DNA from: an uncultured Acidimicrobiales bacterium | GTDB lineage: Bacteria > Actinomycetota > Acidimicrobiia > Acidimicrobiales > CATQHL01 | Length of the DNA stretch: 64,000 bases | Assembly: GCA_964618115.1 (NCBI GenBank) | Contig: CAZTZI010000033.1 | Coordinates: 12,944-76,943 of the forward strand | Reading direction: 5' to 3' | Part shown: piece by piece, positions 31,532-40,816 of the stretch | Position numbering within the stretch: the first letter of the stretch is position 1 | Layout of the letters: the number at the start of each line of letters is the position of its first letter | Position numbers and translations under genes: made by a program | The notes under the pieces: generated by a model | Seen by the model: the letters and a program-made list of their open reading frames with translations, nothing else | The model's database searches: none | Told to the model about the DNA's origin: nothing

Positions 31532-33907
31532 GTGACGACGCGGTTGATCGGCGAGCGCGTTCCGCGGTCCGAGGACCGGCGCATCCTCGAGGGTCACGGC
31601 ACGTTCATCGACGACATCGAGCCACCCGGTTGCCTGCACGTGGCCATGGTCCGCTCGACGTGTGCCAACGGCCGCATCCTCGGCATCGAGACCGCTGCGG
31701 CGGCTGCGCGGCCCGACGTCATCGCCGTCTACACCGCCGGCGACCTGGGTGAGCTCGGCCGGCAGGCGCTGCCGCTGCTTATCCCCAATCCCAACCTGAC
31801 CGAGCCGCGAACCCAGTTCCCGCTGGCCGCGGAGTACGTGCACTTCGTGGGAGAGGCCGTGGCGATGATCGTCGCCACGAGCCGGTATGCGGCGGAGGAC
31901 GCCGCCGAGCTGGTGGAGGTGACCTACGAGCGGCAACCTGCGGTGGTGGGCCCGCTGGCCGCCTACCACGGGGACGACCTCACCCACGCCGACATGACCG
32001 GCAACGTGGCGGCGCACTTCGTCCAGGAGCACGGCGACGTGGAGGCCGCCCTGGCCGCCGCGCCGCGCAGCCTCGTGCGGCGGTTCTGGGTGGAGCGCAG
32101 CGCGGCCGCACCCATGGAGTGCCGCGGCGTGGTGGCGATCCCTGACGAGTTCGGCCATCTGCTGGTCTACGACACCTCGCAGGCCCCCAGCACCGTCCGG
32201 GCGGGCCTGTCGACCTACTTGAAACTCGCCGAGCACGAGGTGGACGTGGTGGCTCCCGACGTGGGCGGGGGGTTCGGGGTCAAGCTGCCCGTCTTCTACC
32301 CCGAGGAGATCCTGGTCCCGTGGGCGGCCCTGCAACTCCGCAGCCCCGTCAAGTTCATCGAGGACCGTGTCGAGCACTTCGTCGCCTCCAACCACGAGCG
32401 CGCCCAGTGGCACGAGGTGCGGGTCGGCTTCGACGACGACGGCCGCATCCTCGGCCTGCACGACGAGTTCATCCATGACGCGGGCGCCTACTGCCCCTAC
32501 GGGATCATCATCCCGATCGTGACCGCCTCCCGCCTGCCGGGCCCGTACAAACTCCCCAACTACGGCAGTGAGATGCACGTGGTGTACACCAACACGGTGC
32601 CGGTCACGCCGTACCGCGGTGCCGGCATGCCTCAGGGGGCCTTCGTGATGGAGCGGGTGATCGACCTGATCGCCCGGGACCTGGGGATCGACCGGGCCGA
32701 GGTGCGCCGGCGGAACTTCATCCAGCCCGACGAGTTCCCCTACGTCGTCGGGCTGATGGACGAGGACGGCCTGACGACCACCTATGACAGCGGTGACTAT
32801 CCAGCGGGTCTCGACAAGCTGCTGGAGGCCGTCGGCTACGAGGGATTCGCCGCCGAGCAGGCCGCCGCACTCACCGAGGGGCGACGGATCGGCATCGGCT
32901 TGGGCTGCTATGTGGAGGGCACCGGCAGCGGGCCCTACGAGGGAGCGCGGGTCCACGTGGAGCCCACGGGCAAGGTCTTCGTCACGACGGGCATCTCCAC
33001 CCAGGGCCAGGCGCACGCCACGATCCTCGCCCAGGTGGCGGCGGAGGTCCTGCAGGTTCCCTTCGCCGACGTCGTCGTGCGCACAGGTGACACGCGCCAG
33101 TTCAAGTGGGCCACGGGAACGTTCGCCAGCCGGATCGGCGTCGTGGCCTCCAATGCGGTAGCCCAGGCGTCGGAGCTCGTGCGGGCGAAGGCCGCGCAGA
33201 TCGCCGCCCGCATCCTCGAGGCGAACGAGGCGGACATCATCTTCGAGGACGGCCACGTGTCGGTCCGGGGCTCACCGGACGTCCGCGTCCCGCTCCGCCA
33301 GATCGCCGTCCTCGCCAACCCGCTGCGCTACGCCTTCAGCAAGGAGGCTCTGGCCGCCACCCAGTTCATCGGCGACGGGGGCGAGGCGGAGGCACCCCCC
33401 GTCTCCGAGGTCGCTCCCGGCCTGGAGGCGACGGCCTACAACAGCCCGAGGCATGCCACGTTCGCCAGCGGCGCGCACGCTGTCGTCGTGGAGGTTGATG
33501 TCGAGACCGGCGAGGTCCGCCTGCTCCGCTACATGATCGTCCACGATTGCGGAAGGATGATCAACCCGGCTGTCGTGGAGGGTCAGGTCCACGGAGGGAC
33601 GGCGCAAGGCATCGCCGGGGCGCTCTACGAGCGGATGCACTACGACGGAGACGGGCAACTCCGCAACGCCGGATTCGCCGACTTCCTCATCCCGTCCGCG
33701 GCGGAACTGCCCACGTTCGGGGTGGAACATGTCGAGACGCTCTCGCCGCTGAACCCTCTCGGTGTCAAGGGAGTCGGGGAGGCGGGCTGCGTCCCCGCGG
33801 CGGCGGCGATCATCGGCGCGGTATCCGACGCCATCGGCATCGAGATCACCGAGGCCCCGCTCAGCCCGGCGAGACTCGCCGAGTTGATGCAGTCCTCGAA
33901 CTCGTGA
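31532..33907 (+). CDS. xanthine dehydrogenase family protein, molybdopterin-binding large subunit (CoxL / aldehyde oxidase-like)
   Basis: 791 aa with a GTG start after the RBS GAAGGGGGGA. The N-terminus RVPRSEDRRILEGHGTFIDDI is the Ald_Xan_dh_C a/b hammerhead. The protein also contains YRGAGMPQGAFVMERVIDLIA and a C-terminal GVKGVGEAG. Confidence 0.85.
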   Translation: MTTRLIGERVPRSEDRRILEGHGTFIDDIEPPGCLHVAMVRSTCANGRILGIETAAAAARPDVIAVYTAGDLGELGRQALPLLIPNPNLTEPRTQFPLAAEYVHFVGEAVAMIVATSRYAAEDAAELVEVTYERQPAVVGPLAAYHGDDLTHADMTGNVAAHFVQEHGDVEAALAAAPRSLVRRFWVERSAAAPMECRGVVAIPDEFGHLLVYDTSQAPSTVRAGLSTYLKLAEHEVDVVAPDVGGGFGVKLPVFYPEEILVPWAALQLRSPVKFIEDRVEHFVASNHERAQWHEVRVGFDDDGRILGLHDEFIHDAGAYCPYGIIIPIVTASRLPGPYKLPNYGSEMHVVYTNTVPVTPYRGAGMPQGAFVMERVIDLIARDLGIDRAEVRRRNFIQPDEFPYVVGLMDEDGLTTTYDSGDYPAGLDKLLEAVGYEGFAAEQAAALTEGRRIGIGLGCYVEGTGSGPYEGARVHVEPTGKVFVTTGISTQGQAHATILAQVAAEVLQVPFADVVVRTGDTRQFKWATGTFASRIGVVASNAVAQASELVRAKAAQIAARILEANEADIIFEDGHVSVRGSPDVRVPLRQIAVLANPLRYAFSKEALAATQFIGDGGEAEAPPVSEVAPGLEATAYNSPRHATFASGAHAVVVEVDVETGEVRLLRYMIVHDCGRMINPAVVEGQVHGGTAQGIAGALYERMHYDGDGQLRNAGFADFLIPSAAELPTFGVEHVETLSPLNPLGVKGVGEAGCVPAAAAIIGAVSDAIGIEITEAPLSPARLAELMQSSNS

Positions 33908-34033
33908 CAACGGCGCGGCGACGTTCTCCGTGACGCGGCGACTCCCGGTCGTGGCGCCACATGGGTCTTGGCGACCCGGGCAAGCGTCCGGCGCCGGTGG
34001 GCCGGTGGTGGCCGGTCGTGCCGGCCGGGGGCC

Positions 34034-35254
34034 ATGACGGATCGGGCTGCGATGACGGCGGTGGGGGCGCTCGACTCGACGCGGGTGACGGCGATCGGCG
34101 TCCGCCCGGCCCGTGAGGTGATCGGTGCGGTCGGCGAGCGCCGGTACCTGCACGCCGGCCCGCCGCTGGGCGGCGCGGACATCGTGGGTCCCCTCCGTGG
34201 CGCCCTCATCGGGGCGCTGATGCTCGAAGATGAGGCCGACTCTCCCGAGGCGGCCGCCGGGATTCTCGACGGGGGCGGCCTGGCGTTGGCCTCCTGCCAC
34301 GACAACGGCGGAGTCGGGGCCATGGCGGGGGTCGTCACGCCCTCCATGCCGGTCGTGGTCATGGAGACCGGTAGCGGCTCCCGGGCGTTCTCGCCCCTGA
34401 ACGAGGGACTCGGCCGGGCGCTGCGCTTCGGTTCCTACGATCCGGCGACCCTGGAGCGGCTTCGCTGGATGGCGGCGGTCGCCTGCCCTGTTCTCGACGC
34501 GGCCATCGGCGAGGTGGGCGGGTTGGACATGGTCGACCTCTGGGCGGAGGGGCTCCGGCGCGGCGACGAGTGCCACAACCGGAACGTGGCTTCCAGCGCC
34601 GCGGTTCTGGCTCGTCTGGCCCCGGCGATCACCGCTGCCGCCGATCGCCGGGATGCGGTCGACGTGCTGTCCTACATGGGGGCCAACCCGCACTTCTTCC
34701 TGGCGCTCAGCATCGCGGCGGCGAAGGCCGTCGCCGACGCGGTCCACCGCGCCGGCGATCCGGGTGTCGTCACGGCGATGTCGTCCAACGGCACCAGCCT
34801 CGGGATCAGGGTCAGCGGTGCCGGTGACCGCTGGTTCCTGACCGACTCCCTGATCGGCGCCCCCAAGCTGTTCGAGGGCTATGTGCAGGCCGATGCCTCA
34901 CCGGTGCTCGGCGATTCGTTCATCACCGAGACCGTCGGCCTCGGCGCCTTCGCCCTCTCGGCTGCGCCGGCCATCGTCTCCTTCGTCGGGGGCGATCCGC
35001 TGACGGCCTCGGAGACCGTCGAGGAGTTGCGCGGCATCTGCCGGGGTGCCAGCTCGCGGTTCCTCATCCCCGCCGAGGGCTTCCGCGGGACGCCCATCGG
35101 GATCGACGTGCAGAAGGTGTCGGCCACGGGGATCGCACCCCTCGCCAACGCCGGCTTGGCCCACCGGGAGCCCGGACGGGGCCAGGTCGGGGCGTGCCTC
35201 CTGCGCCTGCCCCTGCAGCCTTTCGAGGAGGCGGCCGCCTTCCTGGATTCCTAG
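34034..35254 (+). CDS. DUF1116 domain protein (YlbE / AllH-like)
   Basis: About 406 aa. It contains HAGPPL, CHDNGGVGAMAGVVTPSMPVVV, GDECHNRNVASS and MSSNGTSLGIRVSG, which recall the E. coli YlbE (AllH) family. The start could be ATG 34034 or 34052. Confidence 0.65.
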   Translation: MTDRAAMTAVGALDSTRVTAIGVRPAREVIGAVGERRYLHAGPPLGGADIVGPLRGALIGALMLEDEADSPEAAAGILDGGGLALASCHDNGGVGAMAGVVTPSMPVVVMETGSGSRAFSPLNEGLGRALRFGSYDPATLERLRWMAAVACPVLDAAIGEVGGLDMVDLWAEGLRRGDECHNRNVASSAAVLARLAPAITAAADRRDAVDVLSYMGANPHFFLALSIAAAKAVADAVHRAGDPGVVTAMSSNGTSLGIRVSGAGDRWFLTDSLIGAPKLFEGYVQADASPVLGDSFITETVGLGAFALSAAPAIVSFVGGDPLTASETVEELRGICRGASSRFLIPAEGFRGTPIGIDVQKVSATGIAPLANAGLAHREPGRGQVGACLLRLPLQPFEEAAAFLDS

Positions 35255-35258
35255 CCGG

Positions 35259-36422
35259 TCAGGTCAGGAGGTCCAGGGCCGTCGCCGTGTAGACCTGTGC
35301 CGAGAGCGCCACGGCCTCGAGGCTGACCGACTCGTCGATCGTGTGCCACATCTCCTGCTCGCCTGCCCCCAGCATGACGGCGGGGATGCCGCGGCTCGAG
35401 AACAGCCCGGCGTCGATGCAGCCGTGCGAGTAGGTGAGCGGCGGGTCGGGGTGTCCGGCGGCCGCGAACGCCGCCCGCAGCACCTCCACGAAGGGGGAGT
35501 CGGGCGGAACGTCGGACGGATACATCAGCGGTCCGGGTTCGAGTTCGATGTCCCAGCCGTCGATCCCCTCCACGGCCTCGCGGATGTCCGCCAGGGCCTC
35601 CTCCGGATCATCGCCCGGCAGCAGTCGCCGGTCGACGGTGATCTCCACGAGATCGGGGACGGTGTGCGTGGCGTTGGGGCTGCTGTGCACGGCCGTGGGG
35701 GTGAGCGTCGGCTGCCCGAGATGCGGGTGGTCGCCGGCGAGCGCGATCCCGTCGAGGCATCTCAGCACCCGGCGCGCGCCCTCGATGGCGTTCTTGGTGC
35801 GCCAGGGCATGGAACTGTGCCCCGCCAGCCCGGCCACGCGGATGGTGGCGTCGACACGTCCCTTGTTGGCGACGCAGATGGCGTTGTCGGTGCCGATCCC
35901 CACGATGCAGGCCGCCGGCGCGCCCCGTTCCCCGTAGCCGGCCAGGAAGCTGCGGGCCGTGTCATGGCGCCCGGTCTCACCCGCCGGCGAGACGCACAGC
36001 ACGAGCGGCCCCGCCAGGTCTGCCGCCCGCTGGGACAAGGTTCCGGCGGTCAGGATCGCGGCCGCCAGCGCCCCCATCTGCTCGCTGGCACCCCGGCCGC
36101 GTAGCCGAGTCACACCGTCCTCACCCGCGATCCGGCTCGCGGTGAACGGATCGACCATGCGGCCCGCCGGATGCGTCATGGCATAGCAGAACAACACCAA
36201 CCCCGGCGCGTCACCGCTGCCGATCTCGGCGATCACATTGCCGGCCTCGTCGGTGTTCGTGTGCAGTCCGAGTTGCTCGAGTTGAGGTACGACCACCGTC
36301 TGCAGGAACGCCCTGATCAGTGGGTCGTCCTCGAACAGGTCCGTCTGCTCCGAAGGCGTCTCCAACAGCGGGCGAAGCACCCGCTCGACGCTGCCCTCGT
36401 CGAACGTGGGAACCCCGATCAT
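35259..36422 (-). CDS. M20 family metallopeptidase / deacylase
   Basis: 387 aa. It contains LFCYAMTHPAG, GRGASEQMGALAA and IVGIGTDNAICVANKG, giving an ArgE/DapE-like architecture. Confidence 0.75.
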   Translation of the reverse strand: MIGVPTFDEGSVERVLRPLLETPSEQTDLFEDDPLIRAFLQTVVVPQLEQLGLHTNTDEAGNVIAEIGSGDAPGLVLFCYAMTHPAGRMVDPFTASRIAGEDGVTRLRGRGASEQMGALAAAILTAGTLSQRAADLAGPLVLCVSPAGETGRHDTARSFLAGYGERGAPAACIVGIGTDNAICVANKGRVDATIRVAGLAGHSSMPWRTKNAIEGARRVLRCLDGIALAGDHPHLGQPTLTPTAVHSSPNATHTVPDLVEITVDRRLLPGDDPEEALADIREAVEGIDGWDIELEPGPLMYPSDVPPDSPFVEVLRAAFAAAGHPDPPLTYSHGCIDAGLFSSRGIPAVMLGAGEQEMWHTIDESVSLEAVALSAQVYTATALDLLT

Positions 36423-37646
36423 CTAGCGGCGCAGGCCCATCTTCTTGAGCCGGGGGAAGATCTCTTCCTCCATCTGCTGCAGGCCCAGGAACGGGTCGAA
36501 GAACGAGATCAGGGCGCTCTCGATGCCCGCGTCGTAGAGCTCCCGCAGCATCTCGGCCACCGTGTCGTAGCTGCCCACGAACTGGTGGGCGCCGATGCCC
36601 AGACCCATGCGCATGAAGAGGTCCCGGCCGATGCCGCCGTAGGGGTCGGCGCTCTCCTCCTCCGCCTCGATCCACCCGAAGGTGGAGGAGATGTGCTGCC
36701 GCTTGGCCGACTGGATGAAGTTCATCGTGGCCTGATGGTCGATCTCCTCGGCGATCCATTCGGCGGTGGCCTGCGCGGCGGCGTCGGTCTTGTCGATGAT
36801 GGGCCACAGTTGGGTGGCCACGAGAACCCTCCGGCCGTAGGAGGCCGCCTTGTCGTGGATGTCCTTGGCGACGGTCCGGTAGTTCTCGATCTGGGGCTGG
36901 ATCTGGAAGATCCACTCGGCGTGCCGGCAGGCGAAGTCGATGCCGACCGGGGACTGCCCGGCCTGCATGAGCAGCGGGCGCGGCTTGCGTGTGGGCTTCG
37001 GGTTCACGTAGGCGCCGTAGCACTGGTAGTACTCGCCCTCGAAGATGATCGGCACATCGGAGGCCCACAGCGCCTTGACGAGCGTGAAGAACTCGTCGGC
37101 GCGGCGGTACGACTCGTCGTGCTCGGGCGGCTCGAGGTGGCCGAACGCGGCGTATTCCTTGGCCGAGTAGCCGGTGACCATGTTGAGTCCCCAGCGCCCG
37201 TCGGAGATGTGGTCGACGGTCACCCCGAACTTGGCGAAGTGGAACGGGTGGAACTCGTAGTTGCTGTGGGCCGTGGAGAACTGCAGCATGCGACTCGTGA
37301 TCGAGGAGGCGGCCGCCGCCGCGGTGAGGGATTCCAGGCAGGTCTCGTTCCAGTCGGTGTCGCCTCCCTGGCCGATCCAGCGGGCGAACGGAACCTGGTA
37401 GTCGAAGCCGACCCGCTCGGCCTCGGTGATCAGCTTCGAGGCCAGCGGCCACTTCCAGTAGTTCTGGAAGCGATCGGGGTCGGAAAGTACGGCCTTGGAG
37501 CCGGTGGAACCCCCCTGGATGTTCCAGGCGAAGAGCCCGAGCTGGAGCGGCTGGCCGAGATGCGGATCGGGCTGCCCATGCGGTTCGTAGGGCCCGGTGA
37601 GTTGCTCGATCTTCACTGGTCTGGTGCCGTAGCGAGTGGTTACCAC
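36423..37646 (-). CDS. LLM class flavin-dependent monooxygenase (RutA / DmoA / NtaA-like subgroup)
   Basis: The GTG start is preceded by AAGGGGGA. The 407-aa protein contains LGLFAWNIQGG, GRWGLNMVTGYSAKEYAAFG (compare RutA [20 protein letters not shown] from memory) and LLMQAGQSPVGIDFACRHAE. Confidence 0.8.
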   Translation of the reverse strand: MVTTRYGTRPVKIEQLTGPYEPHGQPDPHLGQPLQLGLFAWNIQGGSTGSKAVLSDPDRFQNYWKWPLASKLITEAERVGFDYQVPFARWIGQGGDTDWNETCLESLTAAAAASSITSRMLQFSTAHSNYEFHPFHFAKFGVTVDHISDGRWGLNMVTGYSAKEYAAFGHLEPPEHDESYRRADEFFTLVKALWASDVPIIFEGEYYQCYGAYVNPKPTRKPRPLLMQAGQSPVGIDFACRHAEWIFQIQPQIENYRTVAKDIHDKAASYGRRVLVATQLWPIIDKTDAAAQATAEWIAEEIDHQATMNFIQSAKRQHISSTFGWIEAEEESADPYGGIGRDLFMRMGLGIGAHQFVGSYDTVAEMLRELYDAGIESALISFFDPFLGLQQMEEEIFPRLKKMGLRR

Positions 37647-37656
37647 GATGTCCCCC

Positions 37657-38139
37657 TTAGCTCGGTGAATCGTCGGGTGGAATTGTTCGATAGATCGGGC
37701 CGCGCTCGACCACCTCGTCGAGGAGTTCCTCCTCGATGTAGGTCGGAAGCTCCCCGATGTCGATGCGGAGCGCCTCCTGCCCCGCGTAGTGAAGCAGCTT
37801 CCTGACCTCGGTGCTGATGTAGTAGCCGCCCAGCACCAGCACCATCAGCGCGCTGAAGCCGTCGGGATCGGTGGCGGCGAGCTGCTCGAGTGCCTCGGGG
37901 CTGGGAGGGTCGGTGCAGTCGCGCACGGCGCGCCGGCAGTCGGCGGCCAGGTCGGGACGTGCTCGAAGCGCCTTGTCCAGCAGGTCCCCGGCGATCCCGA
38001 CGGAACTGGCCGCGGGCATCCCCTGGTATGGCGGCACCAGAACGTCGGCGATCCGCGCCAGCCGGGCGCGGAACGCCTCGTCGAAGCCCTCGGCCTGCTG
38101 CACGTCCGTCATGGCACCCGCCGGGCGCGACGCCCGCAT
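37657..38139 (-). CDS. gluconate 2-dehydrogenase subunit 3-like small subunit (partner of GMC oxidoreductase)
   Basis: At 160 aa (or 151 aa from ATG 38112), it lies directly downstream of a GMC gene. The motif LMVLVLGGYYISTEVRKLLHY is typical of that small-subunit family. No Tat signal is visible. Confidence 0.6.
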   Translation of the reverse strand: MRASRPAGAMTDVQQAEGFDEAFRARLARIADVLVPPYQGMPAASSVGIAGDLLDKALRARPDLAADCRRAVRDCTDPPSPEALEQLAATDPDGFSALMVLVLGGYYISTEVRKLLHYAGQEALRIDIGELPTYIEEELLDEVVERGPIYRTIPPDDSPS

Positions 38140-38179
38140 GTGGGTTCAGGCCTTCTTCGGAATGACAAGCTCCCGATCG

Positions 38180-39778
38180 TCATGGCACCCGCTGCTCCCG
38201 GCGCACTTTCGTCAGGCGCTCCGTCGCCCGCAGGGCCAGGGCGGAGATCGTGGCGGTGGGGTTGACACCACCGGAGGTCACGAAGATGCTGCCGTCGATC
38301 ACGTAGAGGTTCTCGACGTCGTGGCTCCGGCACCAGCGGTCCACGACGGAGGTCTCGGGGTCGTCGCCCATCCGGGCCGTCCCCAGCAGGTGCCAGCCGG
38401 TGCCGCGCACCTGGGGGGTGACGACCGTCTCGTAGGCGCCCGCCTCGCTGAGGGACTCGGCGGCCCGGGCAGCCTGGAATTTCAACAGCCGCCGGGAGTT
38501 CTCCGAGACCCGGTACTGGATCCGGGGCGCCGGGATGCCGCCGGGGTCGACCAGTTCATCGTCGAGGGTCACCCGGTTGGCCTCGTCGGGCAGGTCCTCG
38601 CCGATGATGCCCCACATGATCGAGTGGCCGAGGTTGGTACGGACCCGCTCGTGCAGTGCGGTCCCCCAGACCGGATCCCCGCCGAAGCCCAGGGCGGCGC
38701 CGAGGGGGCCACCGGTGGGCTGCAGTCCCCATTTGGCGCCGCGCACGAAATCCCGCTCCGGGTCGGTCTCGTAGAACTGCATGCATTGCAGGCTCTGGCC
38801 CCAGTGCCCCTGCCAGCTGGGCCAGTGGCGGTCGAACAGCCCGATCACGGTGCCGAAGGGGTGCATCATCAGCCGCTTGCCGACCAGGCCGGAGCGGTTG
38901 GCGAGGCCGTCGGGGAACCCGGCGCTCTTCGACAGCAGCAGCAGGCGCGGCGTGCCGATCCCGTTGGCGGCGACCATCACGACCGAGGCCGGCTGGTGCC
39001 GCTGCCGGCCGTCGCGGTCGACGTAGAGCGCACCGGTGACGAGGCCGCGGCCGTTGACCGTGATCTCCCGCACGCGGGCGCCGGTCACCAGACGGGCGCC
39101 GAAGTGCTCCGCGTCCGGCCAATGGGTCTGGTCGGTTGATCCCTTGGCGCCCTCCCCGCAGCCCCAGGCGCAGGTGCCGCGCTGGACGCAGGGCCGCCGC
39201 CCCCGGTAGCGCCGGGAGGCGATGGCGTTGGTGCCGGGCCACCAGTGCCAGCCGAGCCGGTTGTGCGCCCGGGCGATGTCGGTCGCCACGTCGGGTAGCG
39301 GCAACGGGGGCAGCGGAGGCTCGGCTCCCGGCGGGTAGGCGGGATCGCCGCCCAGCCCCGAGACGCCGAAATCCACGTCGGAGCGTTCGTAGAAGGGTTG
39401 GAGCTCCTCGTAGGTCAGCGGCCAGTCGTCGGCGACGCCGTCCAGCGTCCGGACCCGGAAATCCGACGGCGCCAGGCGGGGCCACTGGGCGGCGAACTGC
39501 ACGGTGCTGCCGCCCACCCCGTTGAACATGAGCGGGTCGATGTCGGACTCGCTGACGTCGACGGGATAGTCGGCAGGGGCCCGGCGGATGTTCGGGTCCC
39601 AGGTCCATTGCTTCAGTCCGGTGAGTTCCCAGTCGTCGTAGGCGCCGCGGTACGCGCCCGGATCGGATCGCTCGCCCTGCTCGAGGCACATCACGTCGAA
39701 GCCGTCCTCGGCCAACCTCCTGGCCGCGACGGCTCCCGAGGCACCGGCCCCGATGATCAGGACGTCGACCGGGTTCAC
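38180..39778 (-). CDS. GMC family oxidoreductase (FAD)
   Basis: The GTG start forms a GTGA overlap. It has DVLIIGAGASGAVAARRLAEDGFDVMCLEQG (Rossmann fold) and the C-terminal GTARMGDDPETSVVD...NLYVIDGSIFVTSGGVNPT. Confidence 0.88.
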   Translation of the reverse strand: MNPVDVLIIGAGASGAVAARRLAEDGFDVMCLEQGERSDPGAYRGAYDDWELTGLKQWTWDPNIRRAPADYPVDVSESDIDPLMFNGVGGSTVQFAAQWPRLAPSDFRVRTLDGVADDWPLTYEELQPFYERSDVDFGVSGLGGDPAYPPGAEPPLPPLPLPDVATDIARAHNRLGWHWWPGTNAIASRRYRGRRPCVQRGTCAWGCGEGAKGSTDQTHWPDAEHFGARLVTGARVREITVNGRGLVTGALYVDRDGRQRHQPASVVMVAANGIGTPRLLLLSKSAGFPDGLANRSGLVGKRLMMHPFGTVIGLFDRHWPSWQGHWGQSLQCMQFYETDPERDFVRGAKWGLQPTGGPLGAALGFGGDPVWGTALHERVRTNLGHSIMWGIIGEDLPDEANRVTLDDELVDPGGIPAPRIQYRVSENSRRLLKFQAARAAESLSEAGAYETVVTPQVRGTGWHLLGTARMGDDPETSVVDRWCRSHDVENLYVIDGSIFVTSGGVNPTATISALALRATERLTKVRREQRVP

Positions 39779-40803
39779 GTGATCGCCGGGATGATGTCGG
39801 ACCCGAACACGTCGATCAGATCCAGGGGCAGCTCGTAGGACGGGAAGCCTCGAATGTAGAAGTTCCTGACACCGGCGTCGCGGGCCTGCTGCAGCCGCTC
39901 CGTGACCTCTGCTGCCGTTCCGACCAGGCAGAACGTCTCGGCGTAGCGTCGGCCGTCCTCGTCGCTGACCCAGCGTCCGGCCACTTCGGCGGCGTGCATC
40001 CAGTCCTCGGCGTGTGTCATGTCCGGATAGACGTCGGGTACCACCGCCGGAACGTCGATGTCGATCCCGGCGAGGCGCAGGGCACCGGTTGCGCCCACCT
40101 GAGCCAGACCCACGCAGACGGGTTTGGTGACGCGTGCCGCCTCGTCGGGATCATCGGTGATGTGGCAGAACGTCCCCACGCAGACGTCCAGATCCTCGAG
40201 TGATCGGCCGGCCCGCGCCGCGCCGGTGCTGATGTTGCCGAGTGCCTGCTCCAGCAGCGGCGGCGCCAGGCCTGCCAGCACGATCACGCCGTCGGCGATC
40301 TCGCCGGCCAGTTGCAGGGCCTTCGGGCCGGTGGCGGCCATGTAGACCGGGACCGGCGTCGGCTCGGAGCCGTGGAGATGGATCTCCCGCCCGCCGTAGT
40401 CCGCCGGTAGGCCGTCGAGCAGCCGGCGCACGGCCTCGATGTTCCGGCGCATCCCGGCCAGCCGGGTGGGCTTCATGCCGAGCAGCTTGATGGCGCTGTC
40501 CCCGCTGCCCACGCCGAGAATCGTGCGGTCCGGAGCCAGTTCGGCGATCGTGCGCGTGGCTGCCGCGGTCACGCTCGGGTGCCGGGTCTCGAAGGTCGTG
40601 ACGCACGAGCCGACCCGGATGGTGCGGGTCTCGAGCGCGGCCACCGCCAGCGTGGCCCAGACGTCGCGCCAGAGGAACTGCGAGTCCGGGTACCAGGCGA
40701 TCTCGAAGTTGGCCTCCTCGGCGGCCCGGGCCGCGGCGCCGGCCGTCCGGGCATCGGCGCACGGGGGTATGCGGATCCCGAAGACGGGCGGCGCGGCGCT
40801 CAC
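39775..40803 (-). CDS. LLM class oxidoreductase (F420-dependent methylene-H4MPT-reductase-like)
   Basis: 342 aa containing LGVGSGDSAIKLLGMKP, PVYMAATGPKALQLAGEIADGVI and a C-terminal RNFYIRG. Confidence 0.8.
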   Translation of the reverse strand: MSAAPPVFGIRIPPCADARTAGAAARAAEEANFEIAWYPDSQFLWRDVWATLAVAALETRTIRVGSCVTTFETRHPSVTAAATRTIAELAPDRTILGVGSGDSAIKLLGMKPTRLAGMRRNIEAVRRLLDGLPADYGGREIHLHGSEPTPVPVYMAATGPKALQLAGEIADGVIVLAGLAPPLLEQALGNISTGAARAGRSLEDLDVCVGTFCHITDDPDEAARVTKPVCVGLAQVGATGALRLAGIDIDVPAVVPDVYPDMTHAEDWMHAAEVAGRWVSDEDGRRYAETFCLVGTAAEVTERLQQARDAGVRNFYIRGFPSYELPLDLIDVFGSDIIPAIT

Positions 40804-40816
40804 GTGACGGGTTCGC

